Origin: Leptospirillum sp.
GTDB lineage: Bacteria > Nitrospirota > Leptospirillia > Leptospirillales > Leptospirillaceae
Assembly: GCA_027346125.1 (NCBI GenBank)
Contig: DAIEST010000174.1
Location: 1,167 to 65,166, forward strand
DNA length: 64,000 bases
Direction: 5' to 3'
Numbering within the stretch: the stretch's first letter is position 1; each line of letters starts with the position of its first letter. The position numbers and the translations under genes were made by a program. Positions 12,323-24,855 of the stretch are shown one piece after another. The notes beneath the pieces are model-generated. The model saw only the letters and a list, made by a program, of their open reading frames with translations, did no database searches and was not told the origin of the DNA.

Positions 12323-13720
12323 ATGAATCAGTCTCTTTGGAATCAGGTTCTGGAGAGATTCTGCGAGTTCGGTTCCGAACCGGGGGTACTTGAGCGGGAC
12401 GGTATTCTGGACCTGCTCAAGGGGGCCGTCCTCGATGGAAGAAAGGACGGATATTCCTTGCTGGTGGGGAGCACTTTTATCCAGCGCCTCGTACAGAGCC
12501 GGTATTACAATGATCTGCTGACAGCCTTCCGGGAAGTAACACACGATCCGGAACTTTCCTTTGATGTTCTCGTACAGCCGGAAAATCTACCCCGCAAAAG
12601 AAGGAAAACCCGCCAGAATTCCGCACCGGAAGTGACGACCGGGTCCGGAAAATCGGTTCCTATTCCTTTGGGGGACGACCATGCCGTTTCCTGGAACCAC
12701 AATCTGAACCTCCGCTACTGTTTCGACAATTATGTGGTCGGGGTGTGCAACCAGTTTGCACACGCGGCCGCTTTTGCGATCGCAAACAATCCTTCGAAAG
12801 CTTATAATCCCTTTTATGTCTTTGGTTCTGTTGGGTTGGGCAAGACCCACCTGGTGTCGGCCATCGGGAATTGCATGATCCATCTCTATCCTTCCCTCAA
12901 GGTGCTTTACATCACAACAGAATCCTTCCTGAACGAAATGGTCAGCGCCATCAAGTTCAACAAGATGAATGAATTTAGGGAAAGGTACCGGAAAATAGAT
13001 GTCCTGATCATGGATGACGTACAGTTTTTGTCCGGAAAGGAACGGACGCAGGAGGAACTCTTCTATACGTTCAATGCCCTGTATGAGAACGGAAAGCAGA
13101 TCATCCTCTCGAGCGACTGCATGCCGAACGACATCCCGACCCTGGAAGGCAGGCTCAAATCCCGTTTCGGGTGGGGATTGATCGCCGACATCCAGATTCC
13201 GGACTTCGAGACGAAGGTGGAAATTCTGAAAGGAAAGATGGCACAGGAAAAAGTGGATTTGCCGATGGATGTGGTTTATTTTCTGGCAAATTCCATCAAG
13301 TCCAACATCCGGGAACTTGAAGGGGCCATGATCCGTTTGGGAGCGTATGGAAACCTCATGGGAAAACCCATTACGATCGAGGTTGCCAGAAACCTGTTGT
13401 CGGACTTGATGCCTCTGTCGAGAGAGTCGATTTCGGTTGACCGCATTCTCCAGGAAGTCGCGGAATACTTTAAGGTTCTTCCGAAGGAAATCCGGTCGAA
13501 AAAACGGCATAAAACACTTGTGACAGCGAGACATGTGGCTGTTTATCTCATTCGCGAGCTGACGCAGAAGTCCTATCCGGAAATCGGTCGTGAGCTCGGG
13601 GGACGGGACCACTCGACAGCCATTTATTCTTTCAAGATGGTGGAGGAAAAACTGGAATCGGATCCGGCACTTTCCTCCGACCTTGTCTATCTCAAAAAAA
13701 AGCTCGAGCAGCAGGGCTAG
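12323..13720 (+). CDS. dnaA: Chromosomal replication initiator protein DnaA
   Basis: 465 aa. Walker A GSVGLGKTHL, LIMDDVQFL, sensor/IRELEGA, and the C-terminal DNA-binding domain (GGRDHSTA). Confidence 0.97.
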   Translation: MNQSLWNQVLERFCEFGSEPGVLERDGILDLLKGAVLDGRKDGYSLLVGSTFIQRLVQSRYYNDLLTAFREVTHDPELSFDVLVQPENLPRKRRKTRQNSAPEVTTGSGKSVPIPLGDDHAVSWNHNLNLRYCFDNYVVGVCNQFAHAAAFAIANNPSKAYNPFYVFGSVGLGKTHLVSAIGNCMIHLYPSLKVLYITTESFLNEMVSAIKFNKMNEFRERYRKIDVLIMDDVQFLSGKERTQEELFYTFNALYENGKQIILSSDCMPNDIPTLEGRLKSRFGWGLIADIQIPDFETKVEILKGKMAQEKVDLPMDVVYFLANSIKSNIRELEGAMIRLGAYGNLMGKPITIEVARNLLSDLMPLSRESISVDRILQEVAEYFKVLPKEIRSKKRHKTLVTARHVAVYLIRELTQKSYPEIGRELGGRDHSTAIYSFKMVEEKLESDPALSSDLVYLKKKLEQQG

Positions 13721-13738
13721 GAAGGTAAGGAGGATATC

Positions 13739-14902
13739 ATGGAGATCACTGTCGACCAGGAAGCTTTTCTGGACGGCCTGCAACGGGTTGCTCTGCTGGC
13801 CGAACGGAAAAATCTGGTTCAGATCGGTTCTTTTATTCTGATAGAGGCGTTCGATCAGAAAGCTGTCCTTTTTGCTACGGATAATCATACGGGAGGACGA
13901 TTCGAAGTCCCGTGCGAAGTCCGGACGCCGGGAAAGACGACTGTTGCAGGAAAAAAGCTTCATCAGCTGTTTCGGGAACTTCCATCCGGAAAAGTGTCCC
14001 TTACCCGTCTTGAAAACGGCTCGACCAGAATCGAAAGAGAACGGCTTCTCTACGACCTGAAAGGAATCGATCCGGAAGAATATGTCGGTTTTCCCGAGAT
14101 CAAGGCCGATTATTCCTTTCTGGTTTCCCTTGAGCAAATCGCAGGTCTTATTCGAAAAACGTTGCCGTTTGTTCTCGAAGACGATTCAAAACCCATGAAC
14201 GGAGTTCTTTTTCACCGGGTCCGGGAGGGGTCCACGGTCCGACTGAATATTGTCGGGACGGACGGGCATCGTCTTCACCACGGAACGGTTCTTCTCGGAG
14301 AAGACGCCGGTTTCGATCTGGCCGGACAGACTGAAAGCCGCTTTATTCTTCGGAAAAGGACACTTCAGGATTTGTTGCACGTTCTCGACCTCGATCTCAA
14401 GAACGGCTCCATTTCGGTAGAGGTCGTGGTCAACCCCAAATACGCAACTTTCCGGTGGGGCGGCTTTTACTACTATACACGTCTTTTGGGAACGCCCTTC
14501 CCGAACTATCGGGATGCCTTTCCCTCCGAGTTCAATCTGGGCCTCGAATGTTCCCGTTCATTGCTCGAATCGTCCATCCGCCGCATGTCGCTTGTATCGG
14601 ACAAAAAAGCGGAAATCATCTTTTCCTGGGACGCCCGTTCCCTGACCCTGTCGACCCGGAATGAAGAAATCGGGGAATCGACAGAAACCCTGCCGGTGTT
14701 TTTAAAAGGATCTCCGGGAAGCCTCGTATTCAACACGGACCAAATCCGGACTCTTTTGCAGGTTTGTCAGGGGGAAACGATGCGCATGGAAGCCGTGATG
14801 GATCCCGACCCGGCGAAGAGCTCCAGTATGCCTTCCATCTGGTCATGTGCCGAAGAGCCGGATTCACGATATGTTATTATGCCTCTCGAAGCGGTGGATT
14901 AG
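13739..14902 (+). CDS. dnaN: DNA polymerase III beta sliding clamp
   Basis: 387 aa, three-domain clamp pattern, immediately after dnaA. Confidence 0.92.
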   Translation: MEITVDQEAFLDGLQRVALLAERKNLVQIGSFILIEAFDQKAVLFATDNHTGGRFEVPCEVRTPGKTTVAGKKLHQLFRELPSGKVSLTRLENGSTRIERERLLYDLKGIDPEEYVGFPEIKADYSFLVSLEQIAGLIRKTLPFVLEDDSKPMNGVLFHRVREGSTVRLNIVGTDGHRLHHGTVLLGEDAGFDLAGQTESRFILRKRTLQDLLHVLDLDLKNGSISVEVVVNPKYATFRWGGFYYYTRLLGTPFPNYRDAFPSEFNLGLECSRSLLESSIRRMSLVSDKKAEIIFSWDARSLTLSTRNEEIGESTETLPVFLKGSPGSLVFNTDQIRTLLQVCQGETMRMEAVMDPDPAKSSSMPSIWSCAEEPDSRYVIMPLEAVD

Positions 14903-17419
<2,517 letters not shown>

Positions 17420-17475
17420 GCCCGACGAACGATACGCCGGTCCTAATGTGAGGTCTCTGTAAAAGGGAGGATGTT

Positions 17476-19926
17476 TTGCCGCTGATACCGTTCGAGACTG
17501 TGGTTTCCATCGATGACGAGATGAAGACCGCCTATCTCAATTACTCGATGAGCGTAATCGTCGGTCGCGCGCTTCCGGACGTCCGTGACGGACTGAAACC
17601 CGTCCAGAGACGCGTTCTTTTCGCGATGCAGGAAATGGGTGTTCGCTCGGGAGGTCCCTACCGCAAGTCCGCCCGTATTGTGGGAGACGTGATCGGTAAA
17701 TATCATCCGCACGGTGATGTGGCGGTGTACGATACCGCCGTGCGTCTGGTGCAGCCTTTCACGCTCCGATACCCTCTGATTGACGGCCAGGGCAATTTCG
17801 GGTCGGTTGACGGGGACGCCCCCGCGGCCATGCGGTATACCGAAATACGCCTGGAATCGCTCTCGGAAGAAATGATGGCGGAGCTTGAAGAGGAAACCGT
17901 CGAGTTCGCCCCGAACTATGACGAATCTCTCCAGGAGCCCCGGGTTCTTCCGGCGCGCCTCCCGCTTCTTCTCCTGAACGGTTCGGCCGGTATCGCCGTC
18001 GGAATGGCGACGAACATCCCTCCCCACAATATCACCGAAATTATCGACGGACTCCTGGCGCTGATCGACAACCCCGATCTTTCCGTGGACGATCTTCTTT
18101 CCATCGTGCATGGTCCGGATTTTCCGACGGGCGGTCTCATCATGGGACGATCAGGGATCGAATCGGCTCTCCGGACCGGGAGAGGGTCGATCGTCATGCG
18201 CGGTGTCGCCGACATCGAAGAGAGCACGAGAGCGGACCGGATGGCGATCATCATCCGTGAAATTCCCTATCAGGTGAACAAGGCGAGACTGATCGAGCGC
18301 ATTGCGGAACTCGTCCGGGAAGGAGCGTTGGACGGCATTGCCGACATCCGGGACGAATCCGACCGGGACGGGATGCGGGTCGTCATCGACCTGAAGCGGG
18401 ATGCGAATCCCCCGGTCGTACTGAACAGGTTGTACGCCCAGACACCGCTCCAGACGTCTTTCGGTTACAACTTTGTCGCTCTGGTGAACCAGCGGCCGAT
18501 GATTCTTTCTCTACGGGAAGCCCTGGTCCATTTTCTGTCGTTCCGTCAGGATGTCGTTACCCGGCGAACCCTTTTCCGGCTCCGCAAGGCCCGTGAACGA
18601 TTCCATATTCTCGAAGGTCTCAAAAGGGCCATCGATCTGATGGATCAGATCATCGCGCTGATCCGTTCTTCCGCTTCTCCGGATGAAGCGCGTTCCGGGC
18701 TTATCGACCAGTTTGCCTTTTCGGAGATCCAGGCCCGGGCAATCCTGGAAATGCGTTTGCAACGTCTCACGGCTCTCGAACGGGACAAGATCGAAGCGGA
18801 ACACGAAGTCGTCCGCGTACTGATTCAGGGGCTCGAGGAAATTCTGGGATCCCGGTCCCGGCTCATGGCCGTCATTCGCGAAGAGTTCACGACCCTCCGC
18901 GAAAATTATGGCGACGGGAGACGGACCCGGATCGTTCCGGAGGACGGAGAGATTTCGATCGAATCGATGATCCCCAACGATCCCTGTTACGTCACACTGA
19001 CGTATCAGGGCTACATCAAGAGAGTGTCCCACGACGCTTATCCCACGCAGCGAAGAGGGGGCAAGGGCCGTAGCGGTGTGTCGCTCAAAGAGGACGACGC
19101 CGTGACCATCACCCTGACGCCGACGGCGCATGAAACGATCCTGTTCTTTACCGATATCGGAAAGGTCTATCGGGTCAAGGCTCATGAGATCCCCGAAGTC
19201 CAGCGGATCGCCCGAGGTAAGCCCATTCGTGGATTTCTTCCCCTGGCTCCGGAAGAAAAGGTGACGCGCATGCTGAACGTGTCTTCTTTCGAGGGAGAGA
19301 GGAGCCTCGTCTTCGTGACCGTCAACGGGGTCATCAAGCGGACCGCCCTCGATGCCTACTCGTCCATTCGCCAGTCGGGCATCATCGCCCTGACATTGCG
19401 TGAAGGAGACCGTCTCGCCCAGGTTCTCGTCGCCGATCCGGACAGCCATGTCCTGGTGGCGACCCGCCGGGGAATGGCCATATTGTTTCCCATCAACGAA
19501 GTGACCGAACAGGGCCGCACCGCCACCGGGGTTCGGGCGATTCGTCTCCGGGAAGATGACCGCGTAGCCGACGCGGAAATCGTGACGGAAACCGATCCTG
19601 TGGCCGTCGTCACGGAAAAGGGGTACGGAAAACGTCTGGATGTGGCGAAATTCCGCCATCAGCATCGGGGCGGAATGGGCCTCAAGATCTCCAGGGGTGC
19701 CGAAAAAATCGGGTCCGTCGTGTCCCTTGTCAAGGCCGGTGATGCGGAAGACCTCACGATCATTACCTCGAAAGGGGTGACGAACCGGGTTCCGGCCAAC
19801 GAACTCCGAAAAATGGGGCGGGGAGCCCAGGGGGTGATCGTCATGCGGCTGGGAGACGAAGACACGATCGTTTCCGCCGTTGTCAGTCCTCCCAGGGAGG
19901 TCGAAGGTGAATCGGAGGGGACGTAG
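17476..19926 (+). CDS. gyrA: DNA gyrase subunit A
   Basis: 816 aa, TTG start. DGLKPVQRR, the quinolone-region HPHGD.AVYD, AAMRYTE (catalytic Tyr), and C-terminal beta-pinwheel repeats. Confidence 0.97.
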   Translation: MPLIPFETVVSIDDEMKTAYLNYSMSVIVGRALPDVRDGLKPVQRRVLFAMQEMGVRSGGPYRKSARIVGDVIGKYHPHGDVAVYDTAVRLVQPFTLRYPLIDGQGNFGSVDGDAPAAMRYTEIRLESLSEEMMAELEEETVEFAPNYDESLQEPRVLPARLPLLLLNGSAGIAVGMATNIPPHNITEIIDGLLALIDNPDLSVDDLLSIVHGPDFPTGGLIMGRSGIESALRTGRGSIVMRGVADIEESTRADRMAIIIREIPYQVNKARLIERIAELVREGALDGIADIRDESDRDGMRVVIDLKRDANPPVVLNRLYAQTPLQTSFGYNFVALVNQRPMILSLREALVHFLSFRQDVVTRRTLFRLRKARERFHILEGLKRAIDLMDQIIALIRSSASPDEARSGLIDQFAFSEIQARAILEMRLQRLTALERDKIEAEHEVVRVLIQGLEEILGSRSRLMAVIREEFTTLRENYGDGRRTRIVPEDGEISIESMIPNDPCYVTLTYQGYIKRVSHDAYPTQRRGGKGRSGVSLKEDDAVTITLTPTAHETILFFTDIGKVYRVKAHEIPEVQRIARGKPIRGFLPLAPEEKVTRMLNVSSFEGERSLVFVTVNGVIKRTALDAYSSIRQSGIIALTLREGDRLAQVLVADPDSHVLVATRRGMAILFPINEVTEQGRTATGVRAIRLREDDRVADAEIVTETDPVAVVTEKGYGKRLDVAKFRHQHRGGMGLKISRGAEKIGSVVSLVKAGDAEDLTIITSKGVTNRVPANELRKMGRGAQGVIVMRLGDEDTIVSAVVSPPREVEGESEGT

Positions 19927-20725
19927 GGCCCTGACGGGAACCGTTCTGGTGCTAGCCCTCATCTCCGGTTGTCAGAAAAATCAGGCTCAGGAGCACTACA
20001 ACCGGGCCGAGGAAGCGTTGATCCATATGGATCTTGCCGGGGCCCGGAAAGAGTTTCACGCGGCGATCGACGGTTCACCGAGCTCTCCGTTGGCAGGTCA
20101 GGCCTTTTACGAGTTGGGACGCATGGACGACCTCTACGGAAACGATCCCCAAAGAGCGTCCGGTCATTACATGAAATCCCTGGAGAACCTCAAGGACGGT
20201 TCTTTTCGACAGAGGGTGTCGATCGATCTCGCCTCCGATCTGGAACATTTGGGAAAACCCGACGAGGCTCTGGCCATTCTCCGGGGTCTGGACAGCTCCA
20301 ATTTGATGTCCTCGTTCAAACCCCGGGTCTGGGACCTTTCCGCCCGTATCCTCGAACATGAGGGGCATTACAGCGAAGCACTGGGATATTATAAAAAGGT
20401 ATCGGATCTGGACGGAGACAGCTTTCAGGGACAGAAAGCCCAGTTCAAGATCGGCCTTCTCGAAAACCTGGCGTCGGACCCCCATTCTGCCCAGCGGGAT
20501 CTCGAACGTTTTGTCGACCGCTATCCGAACAGTCCCTTCGCACCGGTCGCGCGATTCAACCTGGCGCTGACATGGAACCGTCTGGGAGACCATCAGAAGG
20601 CCTTGTCGATTCTGGAGTCGATCAAGGGAAGCTATCCCAACCAGGGGGTCGTCCTGGAGCGCATATCGGAAATCCGGAAAGAAATTCGCTCCGCCGCGAA
20701 ATCGGCGACTGGCAAAGGACCGTAG
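19907..20725 (+). CDS. TPR-repeat lipoprotein
   Basis: ORF 19880..20725 trimmed to GTG 19907, 6 nt after AGGGAGG. Signal peptide with lipobox LISGC, followed by TPR-like helical repeats. Confidence 0.65.
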   Translation: MNRRGRRALTGTVLVLALISGCQKNQAQEHYNRAEEALIHMDLAGARKEFHAAIDGSPSSPLAGQAFYELGRMDDLYGNDPQRASGHYMKSLENLKDGSFRQRVSIDLASDLEHLGKPDEALAILRGLDSSNLMSSFKPRVWDLSARILEHEGHYSEALGYYKKVSDLDGDSFQGQKAQFKIGLLENLASDPHSAQRDLERFVDRYPNSPFAPVARFNLALTWNRLGDHQKALSILESIKGSYPNQGVVLERISEIRKEIRSAAKSATGKGP

Positions 20726-20781
20726 GACATGGTCGATCGGACATTTGTTGATCAATTGTTGACGAATCAGGGGCCGTTGCC

Positions 20782-21420
20782 GTGAAAATCACCGAAACGT
20801 TCCGGTCCATCCAGGGGGAATCCCTTTATTCGGGATGGCCCTGTTTTTTTATCCGGACGACCGGATGCCCCTTGCGTTGCCGATGGTGCGATACAGCCTA
20901 CTCATTTTACGGGGGAGAAGACCGGGCGGTCGACGCTCTGGTCGAAGAAGCGGTTTCGTCCGGAACATTCCTTGTCGAGATCACCGGGGGAGAACCTTTT
21001 GTCCAGCCGGAGCTTCCGGAACTGGTCCAGAAACTACTTGATCGGGGAAAGACTGTTCTGATCGAAACATCCGGAGGATTCCCGGTTCCTGACGGACTGA
21101 ACCGGGACTGCCGCCTGATCGTCGACCTGAAGCCTCCCGGATCAGGAATGGATGCGTGGATGAAGCCCGAACACTTCTCGGATCTCGGACAAAGAGACGA
21201 AATCAAGGCCGTTGTGGCCGACCGAGGGGATTTTGACTGGTCGGTCCAAAAACTGGAAGAGTGGGGGGTGTGGGGTCGAGTGCCGGTAACCTTCTCTCCG
21301 GTATACGGAGAATGCGATCCTCGCGATCTGGCGAGGTGGGTTCTGGATTCCGGTTTCCCGATCCGGGTTCAGGTCCAGCTGCACAAGATTCTTTTCGATC
21401 CCTTGTTGAAGGGGGTCTGA
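20782..21420 (+). CDS. queE: 7-carboxy-7-deazaguanine synthase (radical SAM)
   Basis: 212 aa. FRSIQGES...G.PCFFIRTTGCPLRCRWCDT, next to queC. Confidence 0.88.
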   Translation: MKITETFRSIQGESLYSGWPCFFIRTTGCPLRCRWCDTAYSFYGGEDRAVDALVEEAVSSGTFLVEITGGEPFVQPELPELVQKLLDRGKTVLIETSGGFPVPDGLNRDCRLIVDLKPPGSGMDAWMKPEHFSDLGQRDEIKAVVADRGDFDWSVQKLEEWGVWGRVPVTFSPVYGECDPRDLARWVLDSGFPIRVQVQLHKILFDPLLKGV

Positions 21421-21422
21421 TC

Positions 21423-22145
21423 ATGCTTGTCAGGGATCCGGACAACATCGAGAAAAAGATCGGTGGAAAAGGTTCCGTCGTGCTGGTCAGCGGGGGGATG
21501 GACAGCGCCGTGACAGGGGCCATGGCCGTTCGGGAAAGCCCGAGGGTAGCCTTTCTCCATGTTCGTTACGGAGCGCGGGCGCAGGAAAGTGAAGAAAGGG
21601 CGTTTCGAAACCTCTCCCTCCATTGGGGCGTGGATCGGAAGCGGGTCGTCGACCTCACTTCTTTAGGCTCTCTGGGAGGGTCCGCCCTGACCGACCGGTC
21701 CATCGACGTTCCTCCGGCCAACCTGGATGCCGAAGGAATTCCCTCCACTTACGTTCCGTTCCGAAATGCCCATTTTCTGTCCATCGCGACCAGCTGGTGT
21801 GAAATTCTCAGGTTCGACCGGATCTGGATCGGGGCGGTGGAAGAAGACAGTTCGGGATATCCGGATTGCCGTCGCATATTTTACGACGCTTTCGAAGAAG
21901 CCATCCGTTTGGGAACACGTCCAGGAGCGAACATCCGGATCGTGACTCCTGTCATCCATCTGAACAAGGGGGAAATCGTCGCGGAAGGGATACGCCTCGG
22001 GGTTCCATTTGAGCACACCTGGTCCTGTTACAGGGAAGGAAACAGAGCGTGCGGGCGGTGTGACAGTTGCGCTCTTCGCCTGAGAGGCTTCTCTTTGGCT
22101 GGTGTTCGGGATCCCCTGGAATACGACCCATCCGGCAATCCCTAG
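21423..22145 (+). CDS. queC: 7-cyano-7-deazaguanine synthase
   Basis: ORF 21261..22145 trimmed to ATG 21423. SGGMDS PP-loop and the C-terminal Zn cluster C..C..C..C (WSCY...CGRCDSCALR). Confidence 0.9.
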   Translation: MLVRDPDNIEKKIGGKGSVVLVSGGMDSAVTGAMAVRESPRVAFLHVRYGARAQESEERAFRNLSLHWGVDRKRVVDLTSLGSLGGSALTDRSIDVPPANLDAEGIPSTYVPFRNAHFLSIATSWCEILRFDRIWIGAVEEDSSGYPDCRRIFYDAFEEAIRLGTRPGANIRIVTPVIHLNKGEIVAEGIRLGVPFEHTWSCYREGNRACGRCDSCALRLRGFSLAGVRDPLEYDPSGNP

Positions 22146-22253
22146 GATCCACTTGCCGAACGGACCGTATCGGGAGGATACTGAAAAGTCGGGAATATTT
22201 TGTCCTTATAATCATTTGAACCGCCTGACGACCGTATTTGGGCGAGAAATGGA

Positions 22254-23864
22254 GTGTGGGTCAGAATGGATCGTGAAAAAATGGACAAGATCGAGATCGC
22301 GTCAAAAACCGGGGATCCGCTGACCTCCGTGGCGGATGGTCTGGTCGTGGGAGTCTGGGAGGACGGACGTATGGCCCAGGACTTCCGGAAACGTCTGGAC
22401 GGAGCACTCGGGGGAGAGGTTTCCCGGATTCTGGAAAACGGGGAATTCAAAGGGACATCCAACGATGTTTTCTTCCTGCCGACCATGGGAAAGCTGCCGG
22501 TTCGGTACGTGATTCTGGCGGGTCTGGGTTCCCGGGAAAAAACCACTCCGGAACTGATCCGCAGAATTTCCGGGACCGTCGCCCGGGCCGCCCGTTCCCG
22601 GAATCTCGCGTCCCTGGCGTCGACTCTGGTTTCGAACCAGGACGGCGACGCGGAGAATCTGTCGGAAGCGATCGTCGAAGGAACCCTTCTCTCCCTGTAC
22701 CGGTTCGACCAGTATAAAAGCACCGACAAGGACAAGAAGGAAAAAGGAAAAAAATCAGGCCCATCATCCAGGGATTTAGCAAGCCTTCAAATTTTTTCTT
22801 CCCGTGAGGCCGAAAAGAAGGTCCGGAAAGGGATCGAATGGGCGCATGCCATCGTGCGCGGCACTTATCTTGCCCGCGATCTCGGCAACCATCCCGCCAA
22901 CGTCGCCACGCCGTCCATGATTGCCCGGACGGCTTCTGTCGAATGTGAAAAACGCGGGATCCGTTTCGTCAGCTACGACCGGGAGAAGCTGGAAGAAATG
23001 GGACTCGGGGCTCTGGTCGGGGTTGCGAAGGGTTCCATGGAACCGGCGAGACTGATCCAGCTGGAATATCGCCCTTCGAAAGCGGCGAACGTCCGGCCCG
23101 TCCTACTTGTCGGGAAAACCCTGACGTTCGACAGCGGAGGGATTTCTCTCAAGCCCGCCGAAAAGATGGAGACCATGAAAGGGGATATGTCCGGAGGGGC
23201 GGCCGTTCTGGGAACCATGACGGCCATCGCGGATCTTGGTATCCCGCTGTGGGTGGTCGGGCTGATGCCGGCTACCGAAAACATGCCGTCCGGAACGGCG
23301 AACAAGCCGGGTGACGTTTTGCGTGCGTTCAATGGAAAAACGATCGAGGTGATCAACACCGATGCCGAAGGTCGCCTGATTCTGGCGGACGCCTTGTCCT
23401 GGGGGGTCAAAAAGTTCGATCCGGCTCTCGTCATTGATCTTGCGACATTAACCGGTGCGGTGACAGTGGCTCTTGGAGCCCATGCCATCGGTGTCCTGGG
23501 AAATGATCAGAAACGCATGACGGAAGTTCTGGAGACCGGGGAAAAAGTCGGAGAACGAGGCTGGCAGCTCCCCTTATTTGAGGAATACTTCGAACAGATC
23601 AAGAGTCCGATTGCCGACGTCCAGAATGTGGGCGGCCGCGGTGCCGGCACGATTACGGCCGCAGCGTTTCTCTCCCACTTCGTCGAGGGAAAACCCTGGG
23701 TGCATCTGGATATCGCGGGAACCGCCTGGGTCGAATCGGACGAGCCTTACAAGCCAAAAGGAAACGTGGGCATCGGTATTCGCCTGCTGACGCATTATCT
23801 CGGGACGCTGGCCGAAGACAAGGATCTCAGGAAACCCGAAAAGAGGGATTCCCGAAAAAAGTAG
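22254..23864 (+). CDS. pepA: Leucyl aminopeptidase (M17)
   Basis: 536 aa. NTDAEGRLILAD signature and the VGKT.TFDSGG metal-binding region. The exact start is uncertain. Confidence 0.9.
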   Translation: MWVRMDREKMDKIEIASKTGDPLTSVADGLVVGVWEDGRMAQDFRKRLDGALGGEVSRILENGEFKGTSNDVFFLPTMGKLPVRYVILAGLGSREKTTPELIRRISGTVARAARSRNLASLASTLVSNQDGDAENLSEAIVEGTLLSLYRFDQYKSTDKDKKEKGKKSGPSSRDLASLQIFSSREAEKKVRKGIEWAHAIVRGTYLARDLGNHPANVATPSMIARTASVECEKRGIRFVSYDREKLEEMGLGALVGVAKGSMEPARLIQLEYRPSKAANVRPVLLVGKTLTFDSGGISLKPAEKMETMKGDMSGGAAVLGTMTAIADLGIPLWVVGLMPATENMPSGTANKPGDVLRAFNGKTIEVINTDAEGRLILADALSWGVKKFDPALVIDLATLTGAVTVALGAHAIGVLGNDQKRMTEVLETGEKVGERGWQLPLFEEYFEQIKSPIADVQNVGGRGAGTITAAAFLSHFVEGKPWVHLDIAGTAWVESDEPYKPKGNVGIGIRLLTHYLGTLAEDKDLRKPEKRDSRKK

Positions 23865-23924
23865 ACGATCCCGAAGAGGCTTGCACCCCGGGCATGGATG
23901 TCTGGTATAATGAAAGGGTCCGGG

Positions 23925-24416
23925 ATGGCCGGCAAGGATCAGTCTGAGCCCCGTGAAAGGGCGACTGCGACAAATCGGAAGGCTTTTCACCAGTATGAAG
24001 TGCTGGAACGATTTGAGGCGGGAATCGCTCTTTTCGGGACGGAAGTCAAGGCTTTGAGGGACGGACGGGTGAATCTCGGGGATGCCTTCGTCCGGATCGA
24101 AAACGAAGAGGCTTGGCTTTGGCAGCTTCACATCGGTCCTTACCGCGCGGCGTTCCGGGACAACCACGAGCCCATGAGGAAAAGGAGACTCCTCTTGCAC
24201 AAGAAGGAGATTCTCCGGATCATGGGTCTCGTCCGTCAGAAAGGGTTGACGGTCGTTCCCCTGAGGATTTATTCCGGACATCGGGGCATGTACAAAGTCG
24301 AAATCGCCCTGGTTCGCGGAAAGACACAGGGAGACAAGAGGGAAGCCATTCGGGAACGGGAGGCTAACCGCGAAATCCAGCGGGTCTTTCGTTCCCGGCA
24401 GAAAGTTGGCCGTTAA
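23925..24416 (+). CDS. smpB: SsrA-binding protein SmpB
   Basis: ORF 23898..24416 trimmed to ATG 23925. NRKA.H.YEVLE.FEAGI.L.GTEVK, and the gene lies immediately upstream of tmRNA. Confidence 0.9.
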   Translation: MAGKDQSEPRERATATNRKAFHQYEVLERFEAGIALFGTEVKALRDGRVNLGDAFVRIENEEAWLWQLHIGPYRAAFRDNHEPMRKRRLLLHKKEILRIMGLVRQKGLTVVPLRIYSGHRGMYKVEIALVRGKTQGDKREAIREREANREIQRVFRSRQKVGR

Positions 24417-24463
24417 GGGCGGCCAGCCGAGATCTCCATATCACCGAAACGTTCGATTTTCAT

Positions 24464-24822
24464 GGGGGCGATCGGGTTCGACGGGGATGAGAAAGCAAGG
24501 ACAGCATGCCGAGGTCCCAGGTCCTCGTAAAACCTTTGGGAAAAAGACAACTGCCAACGAAGAGCTGGCTCTCGCTGCTTAATCTAAACAATTAAGTGAG
24601 CGCGCCTGTCGGATTTTGCGCCTGCCCGGATCCGAAGGCGTGGAGAAGGCAGGATCGCCGAAGGAACATGTCTGGGTTCCTGAAGCTAAACCCTTACAGA
24701 CTCGCTGGTGACAGGTATGCCTCTCTTTCCTGTCATTGGTCAGACTTAAACAGAGGCTAAGCATGTAGCGGTTCTTGGCGGACTGTTTCCGGACGCGGGT
24801 TCAATTCCCGCCGCCTCCACCA
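24464..24822 (+). ncRNA. ssrA: tmRNA (transfer-messenger RNA)
   Basis: 5' GGGGGCG pairs with 3' CGCCTCC-ACCA, including the G3:U alanine identity pair. T-arm GCGGGTTCAATTCCCGC. Internal tag ORF GCC AAC GAA GAG CTG GCT CTC GCT GCT TAA (24553-24582) encodes ANEELALAA. Confidence 0.93.
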
Positions 24823-24825
24823 TTT
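24795..24825 (+). repeat. attL core (31 bp, GCGGGTTCAATTCCCGCCGCCTCCACCATTT)
   Basis: Identical to 63528-63558. It covers the tmRNA T-arm, acceptor 3' strand and CCA. Confidence 0.88.
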
Positions 24826-24855
24826 TTTATGATTATTTTTTAATGACTTACGTTA

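Noticed and set aside
11624-12544. ORFs 11624..12142 (+) and 12185..12544 (-) in the ilvB-dnaA gap.
   Set aside because: They span the AT-rich origin-like region and overlap ilvB and dnaA. They have no SD and no protein-like composition.
12587-14137. 516-aa ORF antisense to dnaA/dnaN. Similar very long antisense ORFs lie at 18511..19962, 45334..47208, 47399..49762, 49789..51822, 53802..55685 and 59459..60940.
   Set aside because: Each lies exactly opposite a gene with clear family motifs or a coherent phage module. Their translations are Arg/Gly/Pro/Ser-rich low-complexity strings, typical of stop-poor antisense frames in GC-rich coding DNA.
20782-22145. Possible functional link between the host queE/queC genes (preQ0 synthesis) and the prophage DGQHR protein, given that DpdB-type DGQHR proteins work in 7-deazaguanine DNA modification.
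   Set aside because: No DpdA/TGT-like transglycosylase or other dpd genes are present in the island. queE and queC sit in a housekeeping context about 8 kb away, outside the prophage. The proximity is most simply coincidental and is testable only by nucleoside analysis.
23881-23911. Possible smpB promoter (TTGCAC ... TGgTATAAT).
   Set aside because: The -35/-10 spacing is 19 nt and the -10 overlaps candidate start codons. It is too uncertain to list as a feature.
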